NCBI RefSeq assembly: GCF_049075655.1
Contig: NZ_CP157522.1
Location: forward strand, 128,001 to 192,000
DNA length: 64,000 bases
Reading direction: 5' to 3'
Origin: Methanothermococcus sp. Ax23
GTDB taxonomy: Archaea; AGJL01; Methanococci; Methanococcales; Methanococcaceae
Shown: piece after piece, positions 30,753-42,049 of the stretch
Numbering within the stretch: the stretch's first letter is position 1
How the letters are laid out: each line of letters begins with the position of its first letter
Program-made: the position numbers and the translations under genes
The notes under the pieces: generated by a model
The model's input: only the letters and a program-made list of their open reading frames with translations
Databases searched by the model: none
Told to the model about the DNA's origin: nothing

Positions 30753-31133
30753 TTATTGTTCATTTAATTTATATTCTTCTAAAACACGGTTTATTTTATC
30801 AAGCAATTCCTTTTTTTCAAAGGGTTTTATGATGTAATCATCCACATGTTTTTTAACGCCTATTTCAATATCTTTTTCCTGAGCAAGGGCTGTTAAAGCT
30901 ATTACAGGCGTATTTTTCCACTCTTTTTTTGACCTTATAATATCTAAAACTTCCCAGCCACTCATTCCTGGCATCATTATATCTAGCAATACTAAATCAG
31001 GCATACATTCCATTAATTTTATAGCCTCATACCCATCAGGTGCTGATAAAACCTCGTAATTATTTACTTCAAGTATTATTTTCACAAGATTTAATATATC
31101 CTCGTTATCTTCAACCACAAGAATTTTAGCCAT
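30753..31133 (-). CDS. single-domain response regulator (CheY-like)
   Basis: ILVVED, DLVLLDIMMP, TA and KPF motifs. Confidence 0.92.
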   Translation of the reverse strand: MAKILVVEDNEDILNLVKIILEVNNYEVLSAPDGYEAIKLMECMPDLVLLDIMMPGMSGWEVLDIIRSKKEWKNTPVIALTALAQEKDIEIGVKKHVDDYIIKPFEKKELLDKINRVLEEYKLNEQ

Positions 31134-31495
31134 TTTATCTCCCTTGATTGTATAATTATATAGTAAAAAATTATAGTTGCATTGATGGTAAATAGTCAAT
31201 TATAATTTAATAAAATCATCTGGGAAATATTTGCACCGAATATATAAATAAATTCTTACATATGGATTATTCTCCAAAATTTATAAAATAATATTTTTTT
31301 ATAGTTTATTTACCTTAATATATTATGTTTATGAAAATTTAAATAAATATACATTTATTTGAAAAATTCAGAATTTATAAGTATAACTTAATAGATTGAC
31401 CATATTTAATTAACAATATAGTATTAATTACAGCTATTATAGTTTTATTAAAGTGTTGGTTATTTTATCAAACAAGTATATATGGCGGTGTTAAT

Positions 31496-32911
31496 GTGAG
31501 ATTCATAGAGTTCGGACAGGGATTTTCAGACGACGACAACCCACTAAAAGCAGGAGCTCATGCCACATCAAATGCATTAAAACAATTAAACAAATATTCG
31601 GAACACCCAAACATCGTATTTTTATTTTCCTCTCCTGATTATGACCCAGAGGAGATATTAAACGGGGTAAAACTTATAATGAATACCAAAACACCAGTTG
31701 TGGGGGGAAGTTCCAAATTTCAAATTGTGAATAATAAGCTACTAAAAAAAGGAGTGGGCGTTGGAATCCTGTCTTCAAAGTATATACATATAGGTGTTGG
31801 AGTGGGTTTGGGAGTATCTATAAATCCAAGAGAATCTGGGAAAAAAGCCATTCAAGATGCCGTGGAAAATCTTGGCATGATTCCAAAATTCGTCATGGTA
31901 TTTATGGACTTCTGTAAATTTGAAGAAGAGGTTTTAAAAGGCATAATCGATATCTTAGGTATTACAATCCCCATATTTGGCGGAACTACTACCGACGACT
32001 TTGAATTTAAAAAAACATACCAATACTGCAATGATGTTTATTTCGATAGTGTAGTTTGCGTAGCTTTTGGTGGAGATATTTTGCCAAAAATAGCCTATGG
32101 AAACTACTCGGAAACGGATGAAACATCCAATACAATAAAAAGCAAAAATAAAACAGTCATAACAGAAACAAATAAACGATACATTTACAAGCTAAACAGC
32201 ATAAACGCACTTGATTATTATAAAAATATCTCAAAATTCAAAGGCACCTATGATAAGCTCCAAAAAGATAGGCAATTTTATCTATCCAATGCGTTTGGTT
32301 TGGTAAATCCAAATAATGAAATTTATTTAAAAGGACCCATATCCATAAAAAACGGAGTTTTAATATGTGGTTCGAATATTGTTGAAGGAAATGAATTGAA
32401 AATGGTCAATATAACAGATGCAAAAATTAAACAATTATTCGAGAGCTCCACAGAATTGCTGATTAATACTGCACCAAAGTATGATTCTCCATTAACATTC
32501 TGCTGTTCATCCATATATTTGCCCGAAATATCGGAAGAATCTGTAAAAAATAGTTTGGAATCCGGTCCTTTAAATATTTTTGGATTTACATCCTATGGAG
32601 AAGCGGTTTTAAGGGAATATATGAATTATACAGTATCAATGTGTTCCATAGTTCCTGATTTAGCTTCTATTAGTGCAAAAGATGGAATCCACATGGTTAC
32701 AAAATATCCCGCTACAAAAGAAACCATATTAAAAATAAATGAAATGGGCGGTGTAGTAAAGATAGAGGAGCTCGCAAAAGCACTTGGTATTCATAGGAGA
32801 ACAGCTTATGATAGGATAGAACCTCTCCTTCAATACGGATTTGTTGAAAAGGAACATGCTGTTATAAAAATAACGGATTTTGGAAAATTGCTATTGAAGC
32901 TTTGGATTTAA
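31496..32911 (+). CDS. FIST-domain sensor with C-terminal winged HTH
   Basis: LFSSPDY, GGSS, PIFGGTT.D and GFTSYGE FIST motifs; C-terminal IEELAKALGIHRRTAYDRI..ITDFG. Confidence 0.75.
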   Translation: MRFIEFGQGFSDDDNPLKAGAHATSNALKQLNKYSEHPNIVFLFSSPDYDPEEILNGVKLIMNTKTPVVGGSSKFQIVNNKLLKKGVGVGILSSKYIHIGVGVGLGVSINPRESGKKAIQDAVENLGMIPKFVMVFMDFCKFEEEVLKGIIDILGITIPIFGGTTTDDFEFKKTYQYCNDVYFDSVVCVAFGGDILPKIAYGNYSETDETSNTIKSKNKTVITETNKRYIYKLNSINALDYYKNISKFKGTYDKLQKDRQFYLSNAFGLVNPNNEIYLKGPISIKNGVLICGSNIVEGNELKMVNITDAKIKQLFESSTELLINTAPKYDSPLTFCCSSIYLPEISEESVKNSLESGPLNIFGFTSYGEAVLREYMNYTVSMCSIVPDLASISAKDGIHMVTKYPATKETILKINEMGGVVKIEELAKALGIHRRTAYDRIEPLLQYGFVEKEHAVIKITDFGKLLLKLWI

Positions 32912-32929
32912 TTTTTTATTCTATTTTAT

Positions 32930-33508
32930 TCATTTTTCCATAATAAAAACACCATTGTTGTTTAACAGCTTTATTTCCTCATCTGTAAGTTTTTCTTCCT
33001 TAACTCCATCTCCAATTATGGCACTGTGTCCAAGGGGGTCTTCAATTATAAGTGTTGCAGTTTCTTTTCCATTTTTAATATTTTCAATTCTTTCTGCTAT
33101 TTCTTCTGCTTTTTTCTTCTCCTCGTCAGTTTCTACCCAGTTCATCAATGTTTTCAATGAATCTTCAAGACGGTTCAGTACACCTTCAACATTTGAAATA
33201 TATCCTTGTGAAGCTGGGCCTGGTTTAACTTCGAAACCTAATTCAGGTATTTTTATATAACCTGTGGAACTTTTTATAACCCTTTTATTCAGGTCTCCTT
33301 CTCCACATATTTTTAAAATAAATCTTTTTGGTTCTTTAACTTCTATTGGAAGTACATCGCTCTTTCTATACTTGCATTTATCACATATCATGGTGGTTTC
33401 AATTACCTTCCCAAGATATGGAATATCCAGTTCATTTGTCATGATTTTCAATGCGTTTTTAGCACCACATATTGGACAGTCTATAATATTTACTGATTTA
33501 ACTTCCAT
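32930..33508 (-). CDS. ZPR1 zinc-finger protein
   Basis: CPIC..CDKC, IPELG, NVEGVL and DPLGHS motifs. Confidence 0.9.
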   Translation of the reverse strand: MEVKSVNIIDCPICGAKNALKIMTNELDIPYLGKVIETTMICDKCKYRKSDVLPIEVKEPKRFILKICGEGDLNKRVIKSSTGYIKIPELGFEVKPGPASQGYISNVEGVLNRLEDSLKTLMNWVETDEEKKKAEEIAERIENIKNGKETATLIIEDPLGHSAIIGDGVKEEKLTDEEIKLLNNNGVFIMEK

Positions 33509-33742
33509 GTTCTCACCGATTGTTTTTTTAAATTTAATATATATTATTTCTTTCGTCCTTTTTTTATTTTCTGCCCCATTATTACTTTATTTGGATTTTG
33601 TAATAACATATATAGTTTTTGGTTTAATCATAGGGAAAAATTATATATATATCATCCGTCAAGAATAATATTATTCTCATGAAATAGATAATTATTGAAT
33701 ATGATATATATCGGAAATATACTTCCTATGTGATGGGATACC

Positions 33743-34378
33743 ATGTATAAAAAACTTGATATTATAGAGCATGCCATTTTATTGAATCCCAAATATATAA
33801 AAATATTCCGTAATAAACTAAAAATAACTCAGTCAAAACTTGCTGAGGAAAGCGGAGTTAGTCAATCTCATCTGAGCATGCTTGAAAAGGGAAAGAGAAA
33901 AGCCACGAAATCTCATGCCGCAGCAATAACCCTTGGGTTATTAAAATGCAGTAATATCTGGGATAAAGAAGATCCAATTCTCTATCTTCTCGATATACTC
34001 TCATTAACGAAACTTGAATCCACAATAGTGGAGTTTGTTAAGGAGCTCATTACTAAAAACAGCCTGCATAAAAAATACATTGAGGGATATCCGGTTTTTA
34101 TTGTTGATAAAGATTTTTTTACCGAATACATTAAAAAAAATCTTAAAGTAGTAAATATTGAGAAGATAGTGTTTTTTAGGGGAAGATTAAATGTTAGAGG
34201 AACATATTCAGATAACAGGGATATTGACATATATTTGGATTGTTCAGACATCAGAAGATTAGAAACCAAAATCTCTAACGTCCTTGGGAAAAAGACAGTT
34301 ATTCAAATATTCCCAAAAGAAGAGATGCCTCCAATATATTCCATTAAAAAAGATGGTATTGTGATACATTGTTGGTAA
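33743..34378 (+). CDS. XRE-family HTH regulator upstream of the eha operon
   Basis: TQSKLAEESGVSQSHLSMLEKG HTH. Confidence 0.8.
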   Translation: MYKKLDIIEHAILLNPKYIKIFRNKLKITQSKLAEESGVSQSHLSMLEKGKRKATKSHAAAITLGLLKCSNIWDKEDPILYLLDILSLTKLESTIVEFVKELITKNSLHKKYIEGYPVFIVDKDFFTEYIKKNLKVVNIEKIVFFRGRLNVRGTYSDNRDIDIYLDCSDIRRLETKISNVLGKKTVIQIFPKEEMPPIYSIKKDGIVIHCW

Positions 34379-34394
34379 TGCATTAACTGGTGAT

Positions 34395-34676
34395 ATGATG
34401 GATTCATTATATACATTGATTTATTTCTATGGCATTTCAGTTATTTCTTCGATAGTTATTGGAGCAATGCTAAAACTACCTTTAAAACCAAATATGGATT
34501 CTTTTGAAGGCAATATTTTGTTCCCGACGGTATTTGTTGCTTTGGGATTAACTGCGATTACTGAATTTTTATTTGGTTTAGATATCGTTTTATGTATTAT
34601 TATGGGTATAACTTCTGCTTTATTTTCAAAATACACGAACAGGATATTCCCGGGTGTTGATTATGGAAATCATTGA
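34395..34676 (+). CDS. ehaA: energy-converting hydrogenase A subunit A
   Basis: Small membrane protein with SFE..FPT; first in the eha series. Confidence 0.75.
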   Translation: MMDSLYTLIYFYGISVISSIVIGAMLKLPLKPNMDSFEGNILFPTVFVALGLTAITEFLFGLDIVLCIIMGITSALFSKYTNRIFPGVDYGNH

Positions 34677-35154
34677 GTTTGTAAAGTTAATTATGGCATC
34701 TGTAATATGCTGGATAAACTTTGTAATAGTAGATACATACTTTGGATTACCAAAAAAACCCGGAGTATCGGGTGCTGATGTAATTGGAAAGAAGGTGGAG
34801 AAAATTGGAGGAAATATAAATGGAGGATATTTTATGGGAAATATCGTATGCTCCCCCGATGCATCAGCTGGGACATTAATGGCAGCCATATTCTACTACG
34901 TAATGGGTTTTGAAGGCGGCCTTATTGCTGCACTCTTTATATTCATAGGTAATAGGTTGTGTAATGACCCAGGTTATGCGGGAACCATTGGAACCATAAC
35001 TGCAACAATCTTGATATATTTATGCAGTGGATTTATAGAACCTCAGTATTTTATTGCTGGAATGGTAATTGCAATATTCACAATCCAAGGATTCCATCAT
35101 GTGTGTGCCTCTAAAATATTAGGGAGTATAGCAAAAAAGATGGGGAGGATATAA
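34663..35154 (+). CDS. ehaB: Eha subunit B
   Basis: [13 protein letters not shown] and [12 protein letters not shown] motifs; operon order. Confidence 0.8.
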   Translation: MEIIEFVKLIMASVICWINFVIVDTYFGLPKKPGVSGADVIGKKVEKIGGNINGGYFMGNIVCSPDASAGTLMAAIFYYVMGFEGGLIAALFIFIGNRLCNDPGYAGTIGTITATILIYLCSGFIEPQYFIAGMVIAIFTIQGFHHVCASKILGSIAKKMGRI

Positions 35155-35412
35155 ATGGATATCATAACATTGTCAATAGGGATTATAGTGGTCATTGTAG
35201 GATTAAGAATATTTTTAACAAGAAGTAGAGCTCTAAAATTACTATATGTTTGCTGTTTAAACTTTTGTATAGCTGCATTAATTGTACTATATATAAAAAG
35301 CCCGATGGGGGCCATTGCAGCAATAGTATATTTTATATGCTCCACTGTGTCAAGCAACGCTATAGCTCATACCATCGGTGAAATGAAGAAACTTGAAAAA
35401 ATATCAAAATAA
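35155..35412 (+). CDS. ehaC: Eha subunit C
   Basis: Small membrane protein, STVSSNAIAHT; operon order. Confidence 0.75.
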   Translation: MDIITLSIGIIVVIVGLRIFLTRSRALKLLYVCCLNFCIAALIVLYIKSPMGAIAAIVYFICSTVSSNAIAHTIGEMKKLEKISK

Positions 35413-35461
35413 ATATGAGATAACGGAGATGGTCAATTTAAAGATAAAATAAGGTGATTAA

Positions 35462-35740
35462 ATGGATATTTTACCATTAGTGTCTATATTTTGTTGTATT
35501 ATTGGAGGGATAGGAGTAATTTTACATACTGACTACATAAATAAAATTATCATGTTTGCATTCTTGGAAGCTGGATTAATAGGATTGGTATCTTCATTTT
35601 ATTATCTGGATGTGGCAATGATTTCATCCATATTGGAGCCAATAGGCACTATAATATTATTATTAGGTTCTTTAAAATATGCACATCTCAAAAGAACCAA
35701 GAAAAAATATAGTTCAGAAGTTCCAATACTTGTAAGATAA
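35462..35740 (+). CDS. ehaD: Eha subunit D
   Basis: NKIIM..YLDVA..EP; operon order. Confidence 0.75.
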   Translation: MDILPLVSIFCCIIGGIGVILHTDYINKIIMFAFLEAGLIGLVSSFYYLDVAMISSILEPIGTIILLLGSLKYAHLKRTKKKYSSEVPILVR

Positions 35741-35742
35741 AT

Positions 35743-36009
35743 ATGGTGGATAACATGAATTTAGTTATATTAACAATGTACATTGGTTATTTCCTATTAA
35801 TAATAGGAACAATTGGTGCAATATTCGGTCCAATGTCCAATGACCCGCTTAAAAGGCTCTTAAATATAGAGGTGCCGTCAATGGGTGTGGCATTAATTCT
35901 CCTAGCATATAATGAAACACTTGCGCTTATGACGTTTCTTGCAGTAAATGCCGTGCTTATGCTAGTATTTGTTAGGGCGATTATCAAAAATGAGGAATTG
36001 GAGGCATAA
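35743..36009 (+). CDS. ehaE: Eha subunit E
   Basis: [12 protein letters not shown]; operon order. Confidence 0.75.
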   Translation: MVDNMNLVILTMYIGYFLLIIGTIGAIFGPMSNDPLKRLLNIEVPSMGVALILLAYNETLALMTFLAVNAVLMLVFVRAIIKNEELEA

Positions 36010-36010
36010 T

Positions 36011-36481
36011 ATGAGAAAGCTCAGTAAAATGTGGAATTATATATCAAAACCTGAGGTTGTTCCAAGATTGTTCGCAGGATTCCTATGTTTAGCATTATTT
36101 ATTGAGTTTTTCGCCCCCACAACATTTAACGAAAATCAACTATATCCAAAAGATGTTCCGCAAGGTCAAATTTTTAAAACCCCCCTTGCCCCTTATGACA
36201 GAGGAGGAGCTCCTCTTGAAAAAGCCGCAGATATTAAGACACAGTATCCACAGTTTGAACCAATAAGGGGAAAAATAACTGCATACCTATCTCCAATATC
36301 TATTTGGATTAGTGAAAAAACTCCATACTTTGGAACAAGCATTGTATCTACTCCGGGGGGCATATTGGACGAAATATTATATTATACACGAGGATTTGAC
36401 ACAATACTTGAATCTACTACATTATTAATTTCATTTATAATATTTAGCTGGATATACCTCAATAGAGATGAGGTGGAATAA
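36011..36481 (+). CDS. ehaF: Eha subunit F
   Basis: PYDRGG and [17 protein letters not shown] motifs. Confidence 0.78.
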   Translation: MRKLSKMWNYISKPEVVPRLFAGFLCLALFIEFFAPTTFNENQLYPKDVPQGQIFKTPLAPYDRGGAPLEKAADIKTQYPQFEPIRGKITAYLSPISIWISEKTPYFGTSIVSTPGGILDEILYYTRGFDTILESTTLLISFIIFSWIYLNRDEVE

Positions 36482-37176
36482 TGGATATTGTAAGTTATTT
36501 GTTTAATAAAACTGTTGTTGTAGGATTTATAATTGGAATATTGTCATTATATGCAATATCCCGCCAAAAATCCGACTTACATATGCTTTTGTTAGCTGAC
36601 CTTGTGGAATGTGCCATGTTGGTGGTGATAGCCGCCGTTGGAACAGACCTTGCGGAAGCCCTTATACTTCCAGGATTGGTCGTTGGAATGGCAGAACTTT
36701 TGGCAGTTTCCGAGGTGCTTGTGCTTAGAAATGAAATGAAAAATGATAGAAAATCAAAAGTCAAAAAATCAAAACTTCTTGAAGAATTCATTGCAAAGGA
36801 AAGCCCTCATATCGATGTAAAATTTGGTAAAATGGAAGTATTATATAGTGCCCCAAAATTTATGGCATTTGTATTGGTGGTATATGGTGCATTATTAACC
36901 GGATTTACAGGAGGTGCTGTAATAGCAAGTGGGTTGCTGTTCTATCTTTTATCGCAGGGAGCTACTGGAAAAGGAATTTCACTTAGCAGGTTAAAATATA
37001 CGTGGGAATCAATTTCTGGATTTTCAGGAATTATGTGGGCACTCTGGGTATTATTTGGATTTGTTGGATTCTTTCTGTTTCCTCAAAAATACCTGTATTT
37101 CCTGTTAATAGCGGGCTGTGCATTGGCATTAAAAGTTGGCTCAAAACTTGGATTGATTGGTGATATTCTAAAATAA
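36481..37176 (+). CDS. ehaG: Eha subunit G
   Basis: [15 protein letters not shown] and GFTGG motifs. Confidence 0.78.
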   Translation: MDIVSYLFNKTVVVGFIIGILSLYAISRQKSDLHMLLLADLVECAMLVVIAAVGTDLAEALILPGLVVGMAELLAVSEVLVLRNEMKNDRKSKVKKSKLLEEFIAKESPHIDVKFGKMEVLYSAPKFMAFVLVVYGALLTGFTGGAVIASGLLFYLLSQGATGKGISLSRLKYTWESISGFSGIMWALWVLFGFVGFFLFPQKYLYFLLIAGCALALKVGSKLGLIGDILK

Positions 37177-37187
37177 AATTATACATT

Positions 37188-37428
37188 GTCAGCTACCAAC
37201 GACTAAAGTCGTTGGCTTGCCCTTCCAACTCCCTCAATAATAAGGGCGGAGGACATTAGGCTGGCTGACGGACAGCCCTGTATTATTTACCAATAAAGCC
37301 CTTCCAACCGTATCCACTCTACCGAGCTTCGTGCCTTAGGGCTTATTACAATTTATAGTTCATACAACATATAAATTTTTCGGCATTCCTCCAACGGCTA
37401 AAACCGTTGGCTTCCTGCCGAAGGAATC
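37188..37428 (-). mobile_element. ORF-less IS200/IS605-derived miniature element inside the eha operon
   Basis: Subterminal hairpins CCAACGGC-TAAA-ACCGTTGG and CCAACGAC-TAAA-GTCGTTGG; on the - strand preceded by TCAC and ending GTAGCTGAC; left end resembles 2477-2560. Confidence 0.8.
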
Positions 37429-37465
37429 GTGAATACAGGTGATAGGAGTAAAATATGGTGATGTT

Positions 37466-38128
37466 ATGTTTATGGACCCAATCACAGGGAATTTTTACGG
37501 ATATATACCTTTCGGAGATATTATATTCTATTTAACGGACTTTTCAATGATAGCATTTCTTGTTGCATTGTTCTTTACATTAGTGGTATATCTTACAAAA
37601 CCTGAACAACAGCTGGAAGCTCAGATAAATGACTTTGGCGATAAGCTCAACATCGTATCATTGAAAGAATTAAAGATAAGGCGGCTAATGGCTATTATTT
37701 GTGGAATAAGCACAGCATTTGCCATGCTCACAGGAGATATATTCGATTATGCACTATTTCTTGCTGTGGTAGGTATTGCCAATATTGGTATAGTTTCAGC
37801 TGTTAAGAAAGAATGGGTGTTAAATGCGGCATACCATTATGGAATAATTGCAATAATTTCATCCCTTCCATTGTTTGGAGCTGCGGCATTAATTTTAGCA
37901 AAAACGGGAACTCTATCAATATTTGAACTATCAAAGACATCTCATGATATATTCTATCAAAAAATAATTTATGCTGTGGGAATGGTTGGTGAAACTGGTA
38001 TAGCTCCATTTTATGCAGCAAAGGCAGAGATGTTCAGAGCTCCGGGGGCACCCTATATTTTGATGATACACCTTTCATCACTGCTTATAATTATTAGAAC
38101 AGCTGAAATCTTACTTACTATCCATTAA
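37466..38128 (+). CDS. ehaH: Eha subunit H
   Basis: GETGIAPFYAAKAEMFRAPGAP; antiporter-like membrane subunit. Confidence 0.8.
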   Translation: MFMDPITGNFYGYIPFGDIIFYLTDFSMIAFLVALFFTLVVYLTKPEQQLEAQINDFGDKLNIVSLKELKIRRLMAIICGISTAFAMLTGDIFDYALFLAVVGIANIGIVSAVKKEWVLNAAYHYGIIAIISSLPLFGAAALILAKTGTLSIFELSKTSHDIFYQKIIYAVGMVGETGIAPFYAAKAEMFRAPGAPYILMIHLSSLLIIIRTAEILLTIH

Positions 38129-38201
38129 ATAATAAACTAAATAAAATATTATATTTATTTATGATTAAAACCATTATAGGTTCTCAAAATAATAAAAGAG
38201 C

Positions 38202-38417
38202 GTGATTCATATGACGCCAGAAAAAAAGAGTGGAATTATTTCCTTAATTATAGGACTAATCGGATTTATATATATTATATTATGTTCAAAAAGTGTATTT
38301 TTAGTTTATATGGGCACTGCATTATTCACTCCATTTATAGTTTATGGATTTGGAATATTGTTAAATCCGGATACTAGAAGAAAAGACGAAGGGCAAATCC
38401 CATTTAGAGGGTGGTAA
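38202..38417 (+). CDS. ehaI: Eha subunit I
   Basis: Small two-TM protein ending PFRGW; operon order. Confidence 0.65.
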   Translation: MIHMTPEKKSGIISLIIGLIGFIYIILCSKSVFLVYMGTALFTPFIVYGFGILLNPDTRRKDEGQIPFRGW

Positions 38418-38418
38418 T

Positions 38419-39306
38419 ATGGATGCAATATTGTCAATAGGACACATAATAGGAGCTCTCTCATATACATTATATGCTTTCTTAATTGGTGGATTATTAT
38501 TGGGATTCCATAGAAAAATAATATCAAGGGTGCAAGGGAGACCAGGACCTCCAATAATTCAGTATTTGATACACACATTTAAATTCTACATCAAAGAAAT
38601 TACGTTTCCAATTACTGCTGGAAATCCGCTGTATTTATTTGTGGCGTTGATGGATATTATGGTGTGGATGTCTGCATTGTTTGTGGGGGTCGTATTTGAA
38701 TCCTCATTGTTAATATTGGTTGGATTATATGTTCTTCAAAAAATTGTTGAGCACGGATGCGGGCTTAGTAGTGGTTCCCCCTATGGAAAACTGGGAGGGG
38801 TTAGAAGTGTATTCTCAGCTGCCGCCGAAGTTCCATTATTTGCAGTAGTTGGAATAATCTATGTATTAACTCATTCATTGATGATAGGAGATATAATAAA
38901 TTATCAAGCGGTAAATGGTCCGATACTATTTAAACTTCCACTTGCAGCATTTGCATTCTTTATATTGCTTGTTTCCAAGGCACCAAACAGTCCATTCGGC
39001 ATAGTTAAGGATAAGTGTATTGTCAGCGGATACATAACAGAACATTTTGGAACCCTTGAATCAATTATATTGATTTCAGATGCAATAGCATGGTTTGTTC
39101 TCCTTTGGCTATTTATAGCATTATTTATCGGTCCAGTATTGATATTGAATCCACTATTGACATTAGTTGGAATGGTTGCCCTAACATTTATAATATCTAT
39201 GATATGTGCCATAACCCCACTATTAACGCCAAATCACTCGGTCATGCTTCAAATATTGATTGCATCCCTGACTATGATAGATTTACTGTATATGGTTGTT
39301 CATTAG
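38419..39306 (+). CDS. ehaJ: Eha subunit J (NuoH/HycD-like)
   Basis: RKIISRVQGRPGPP, SGSPY and AAEVP motifs. Confidence 0.88.
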   Translation: MDAILSIGHIIGALSYTLYAFLIGGLLLGFHRKIISRVQGRPGPPIIQYLIHTFKFYIKEITFPITAGNPLYLFVALMDIMVWMSALFVGVVFESSLLILVGLYVLQKIVEHGCGLSSGSPYGKLGGVRSVFSAAAEVPLFAVVGIIYVLTHSLMIGDIINYQAVNGPILFKLPLAAFAFFILLVSKAPNSPFGIVKDKCIVSGYITEHFGTLESIILISDAIAWFVLLWLFIALFIGPVLILNPLLTLVGMVALTFIISMICAITPLLTPNHSVMLQILIASLTMIDLLYMVVH

Positions 39307-39314
39307 GTGATATC

Positions 39315-39590
39315 ATGAAAAATTACATTTATCTCTTAGCAATATCCTGCTTTACATTATTGGGCGTCTTGGTTTCAATAAATATGTTTCAAACTAACAT
39401 TATGTCAGTAATTGGGCTTTTTATCGCAATATTGTTTGTGATAATTGCCTTTAAATCAAATAAAATTAAAACTATTGCACATACCATGGAAAATTTAGAG
39501 ATATTATTTATGTTCTTGGTATTTATAGGATTGTTGTATTTAAGTTATTCGATGTATTCTGTAAATACCAATTTGCTATTGATAAAATAA
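39315..39590 (+). CDS. ehaK: Eha subunit K
   Basis: Small membrane ORF with GGTGA RBS between ehaJ and ehaL. Confidence 0.6.
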   Translation: MKNYIYLLAISCFTLLGVLVSINMFQTNIMSVIGLFIAILFVIIAFKSNKIKTIAHTMENLEILFMFLVFIGLLYLSYSMYSVNTNLLLIK

Positions 39591-39599
39591 GGTGATTCT

Positions 39600-39911
39600 A
39601 TGAATGAGGTGCCATATAATATACTTTACAGCACAATATGTCTTGTAATTGGAGGGTTTTTAGGACTATCTTATAGTTATAAAAAATATCATATGCCTTA
39701 TGTGGAAAAAGTCAGGGATAAATATGCATTAATTTGTTCTATAATTGGAGGATTGATATTTTTAATAGACTTGCCATATCATTTAAATTATCCTATTGCA
39801 TGCCTTTTAATTGGCGTTCCTTTTGGGATGAGACCAGGATATGGAAATGTAGAGCTGTATATTGGACTTATTATCGCATTTGTAGGATATTTAATTAAGG
39901 CGAACTTATAG
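39600..39911 (+). CDS. ehaL: Eha subunit L
   Basis: [16 protein letters not shown] motif. Confidence 0.75.
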   Translation: MNEVPYNILYSTICLVIGGFLGLSYSYKKYHMPYVEKVRDKYALICSIIGGLIFLIDLPYHLNYPIACLLIGVPFGMRPGYGNVELYIGLIIAFVGYLIKANL

Positions 39912-39922
39912 GGGGTGATATT

Positions 39923-40336
39923 ATGGAACTTAATTTAAAAAAAATAGATGAAATTCAATGCGAAGGAACTTTGGAGCAAAAATACAATATCATAAAAGAC
40001 AACAGATATCTAATGGAAGAAGTTATTGTTCCAATTTCAAATGCCTTAAAACTTCCATTGGAAGATGTTATTGAAATATTCGTAAAAAAGTATGATGGAG
40101 TTGCACTTTATGAATCTCATGCCTTTGCTGAGCAGGCAAGAATGGCATGTTTAGGAAGAAAAGTAGATATAGATTTAGGACTTTGCTGGATTTCTGATTT
40201 TTTTGGTTTAATTCCAAGAGAAGAGGCTGATTTAATAAGAAAAAAAGTGGTTGAAGATACATTGATGCATCATAAACCCTACAATGAAGCATTGAATATT
40301 GGCAGAGAATTGATTATAAGTCTTTTAAAAGAATAG
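39923..40336 (+). CDS. ehaM: Eha subunit M
   Basis: [17 protein letters not shown] motif; operon order. Confidence 0.75.
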   Translation: MELNLKKIDEIQCEGTLEQKYNIIKDNRYLMEEVIVPISNALKLPLEDVIEIFVKKYDGVALYESHAFAEQARMACLGRKVDIDLGLCWISDFFGLIPREEADLIRKKVVEDTLMHHKPYNEALNIGRELIISLLKE

Positions 40337-40352
40337 CAATTGGAGGAACAGC

Positions 40353-40814
40353 ATGATAAAAGAATTCTTCAGAAAGAGGTCCATATACGTTTGTATTGTA
40401 AATACGGGAGGATGCAATGGATGTGATATAGAACTTGTATCCACGCTTGCTCCAAGATACGATATTGAACAGTATGGGATTTATGTGCATAATAATCCAA
40501 GGGAAGCTGATGTTCTGGTTATCACAGGACCTGTCACGCTTCCGTGGAAAAATCGACTTAAAGAAATATATGAAAAAACACCAGAACCAAAAATTGTTGT
40601 GGCTGTTGGAGCATGTGCTTTGAGTTGCGGCATATTTAGAGAAGGTCATGTTTGCGGTCCAGTGGATAAGATTATCCCAGTAGATGCAAAACTTCCTGGA
40701 TGCCCACCAAGACCTGGTGAAATAATTGAAGCAATATTGAAAATAGCACCTGATGCCATAGCGGCAAAAGAAAAACTTCTTAAAAAACAGGCAAAAGAAG
40801 AAATCAAATCATAG
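40353..40814 (+). CDS. ehaN: Eha small [NiFe]-hydrogenase subunit
   Basis: [12 protein letters not shown] and PGCPPRP motifs. Confidence 0.92.
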   Translation: MIKEFFRKRSIYVCIVNTGGCNGCDIELVSTLAPRYDIEQYGIYVHNNPREADVLVITGPVTLPWKNRLKEIYEKTPEPKIVVAVGACALSCGIFREGHVCGPVDKIIPVDAKLPGCPPRPGEIIEAILKIAPDAIAAKEKLLKKQAKEEIKS

Positions 40815-40893
40815 TTTAGTTTGAATATAGGACATATAAAAAATAAATGAAAATGAAATAAAAGAATAAATAAAAATAAAAAACAGTGATACA

Positions 40894-42024
40894 ATGAATG
40901 TAGTGCCCATAGGACCCATAAATCCAGTGTTAAAAGAACCCATACGGGTAAAACTCATAGTTGAAGGTGAAAGGGTAATAGGCTCGGAAATAGAAATGGG
41001 TTATGTCCATAGAGGTATTGAAAAAATAATGGAAGGAAAGCATTATCTAAAAGGAATACACCTCGCTGAGAGGGTGTGTGGCATATGTTCATACATACAT
41101 ACCCAGACCTTTGCAGAGTGCATTGAGCATATGTCAAAGATTGAAGTTCCAGATAAGGCAAGATATTTAAGGGTAGTTACAACAGAGTTGGAGAGAATAC
41201 ACAGCCATTTGATAGCCGCCGCAGTGTATGATTTATCCATTGAACACGAAACACTTGCAATGTGGTGTTTAAGTGCGAGGGAGCATGTAATGGATTTACT
41301 GGAAATGATGTGTGGAAACAGAGTAAATATGGGGTTTAATGTAGTTGGCGGAGTTAGATTGGACATTAATAAAGAAATAATGGACAAAATTTATAAAAAA
41401 CTAAATGAACTTGAAGAAGATGTAAAAAATATAATGGAAGCGTTTAAAACCGGTCCTTTAATAAATTTAAGAGGTAAAGGCATAGGAGTTATTGGATATA
41501 AAGAAATAATGAAAACAAGAGCAGTTGGACCAGTGGCTAGAGCTTCTGCACTGCCAGAATGTGATTGGAGACTGAGACATCCAACATATAAAGAACTTAA
41601 ATTCAAACCTGTCTGGGCTGACGAAGGGGACAACTCTGCAAGAATGATAGTTAGACATGAGGAAGTTTTGGCAAGTATAAGTCTTATTAGGAAAGCACTG
41701 GAATTATATGAGGAGAGCTCAGGTGGTGTAAGAGTTAAAGCCAATATAAAAGGCGGTTCCGGTGGATGGAAAAATGAAGCTCACAGAGGTGAGGTTTATT
41801 ATAAAATAGCCATTACAGATGGAGGATTGATTAAAAGAATAATGATTAGAACCCCAACAGTCATGAATCTTGAAGCTTATAAATACATGCTAAAAACTTG
41901 TCCAACAGTTTCAGATGCAGTTACCACCTATACTTCAATCGACCCTTGTGTATCATGCACTGAAAGAACAATCGTATTGAAAGATAAAAAAACAGGAAAA
42001 ATTACCCCTTATTCATTCAAATAA
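40894..42024 (+). CDS. ehaO: Eha large [NiFe]-hydrogenase subunit (group 4)
   Basis: ERVCGICS and DPCVSCTER Ni-binding motifs. Confidence 0.93.
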   Translation: MNVVPIGPINPVLKEPIRVKLIVEGERVIGSEIEMGYVHRGIEKIMEGKHYLKGIHLAERVCGICSYIHTQTFAECIEHMSKIEVPDKARYLRVVTTELERIHSHLIAAAVYDLSIEHETLAMWCLSAREHVMDLLEMMCGNRVNMGFNVVGGVRLDINKEIMDKIYKKLNELEEDVKNIMEAFKTGPLINLRGKGIGVIGYKEIMKTRAVGPVARASALPECDWRLRHPTYKELKFKPVWADEGDNSARMIVRHEEVLASISLIRKALELYEESSGGVRVKANIKGGSGGWKNEAHRGEVYYKIAITDGGLIKRIMIRTPTVMNLEAYKYMLKTCPTVSDAVTTYTSIDPCVSCTERTIVLKDKKTGKITPYSFK

Positions 42025-42049
42025 GTTTAGTTTAGCAAAAATAACAGGA

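Noticed and set aside
40894-42024. Possible selenocysteine recoding in the hydrogenase large subunit
   Set aside because: No in-frame TGA; both Ni-binding motifs use Cys
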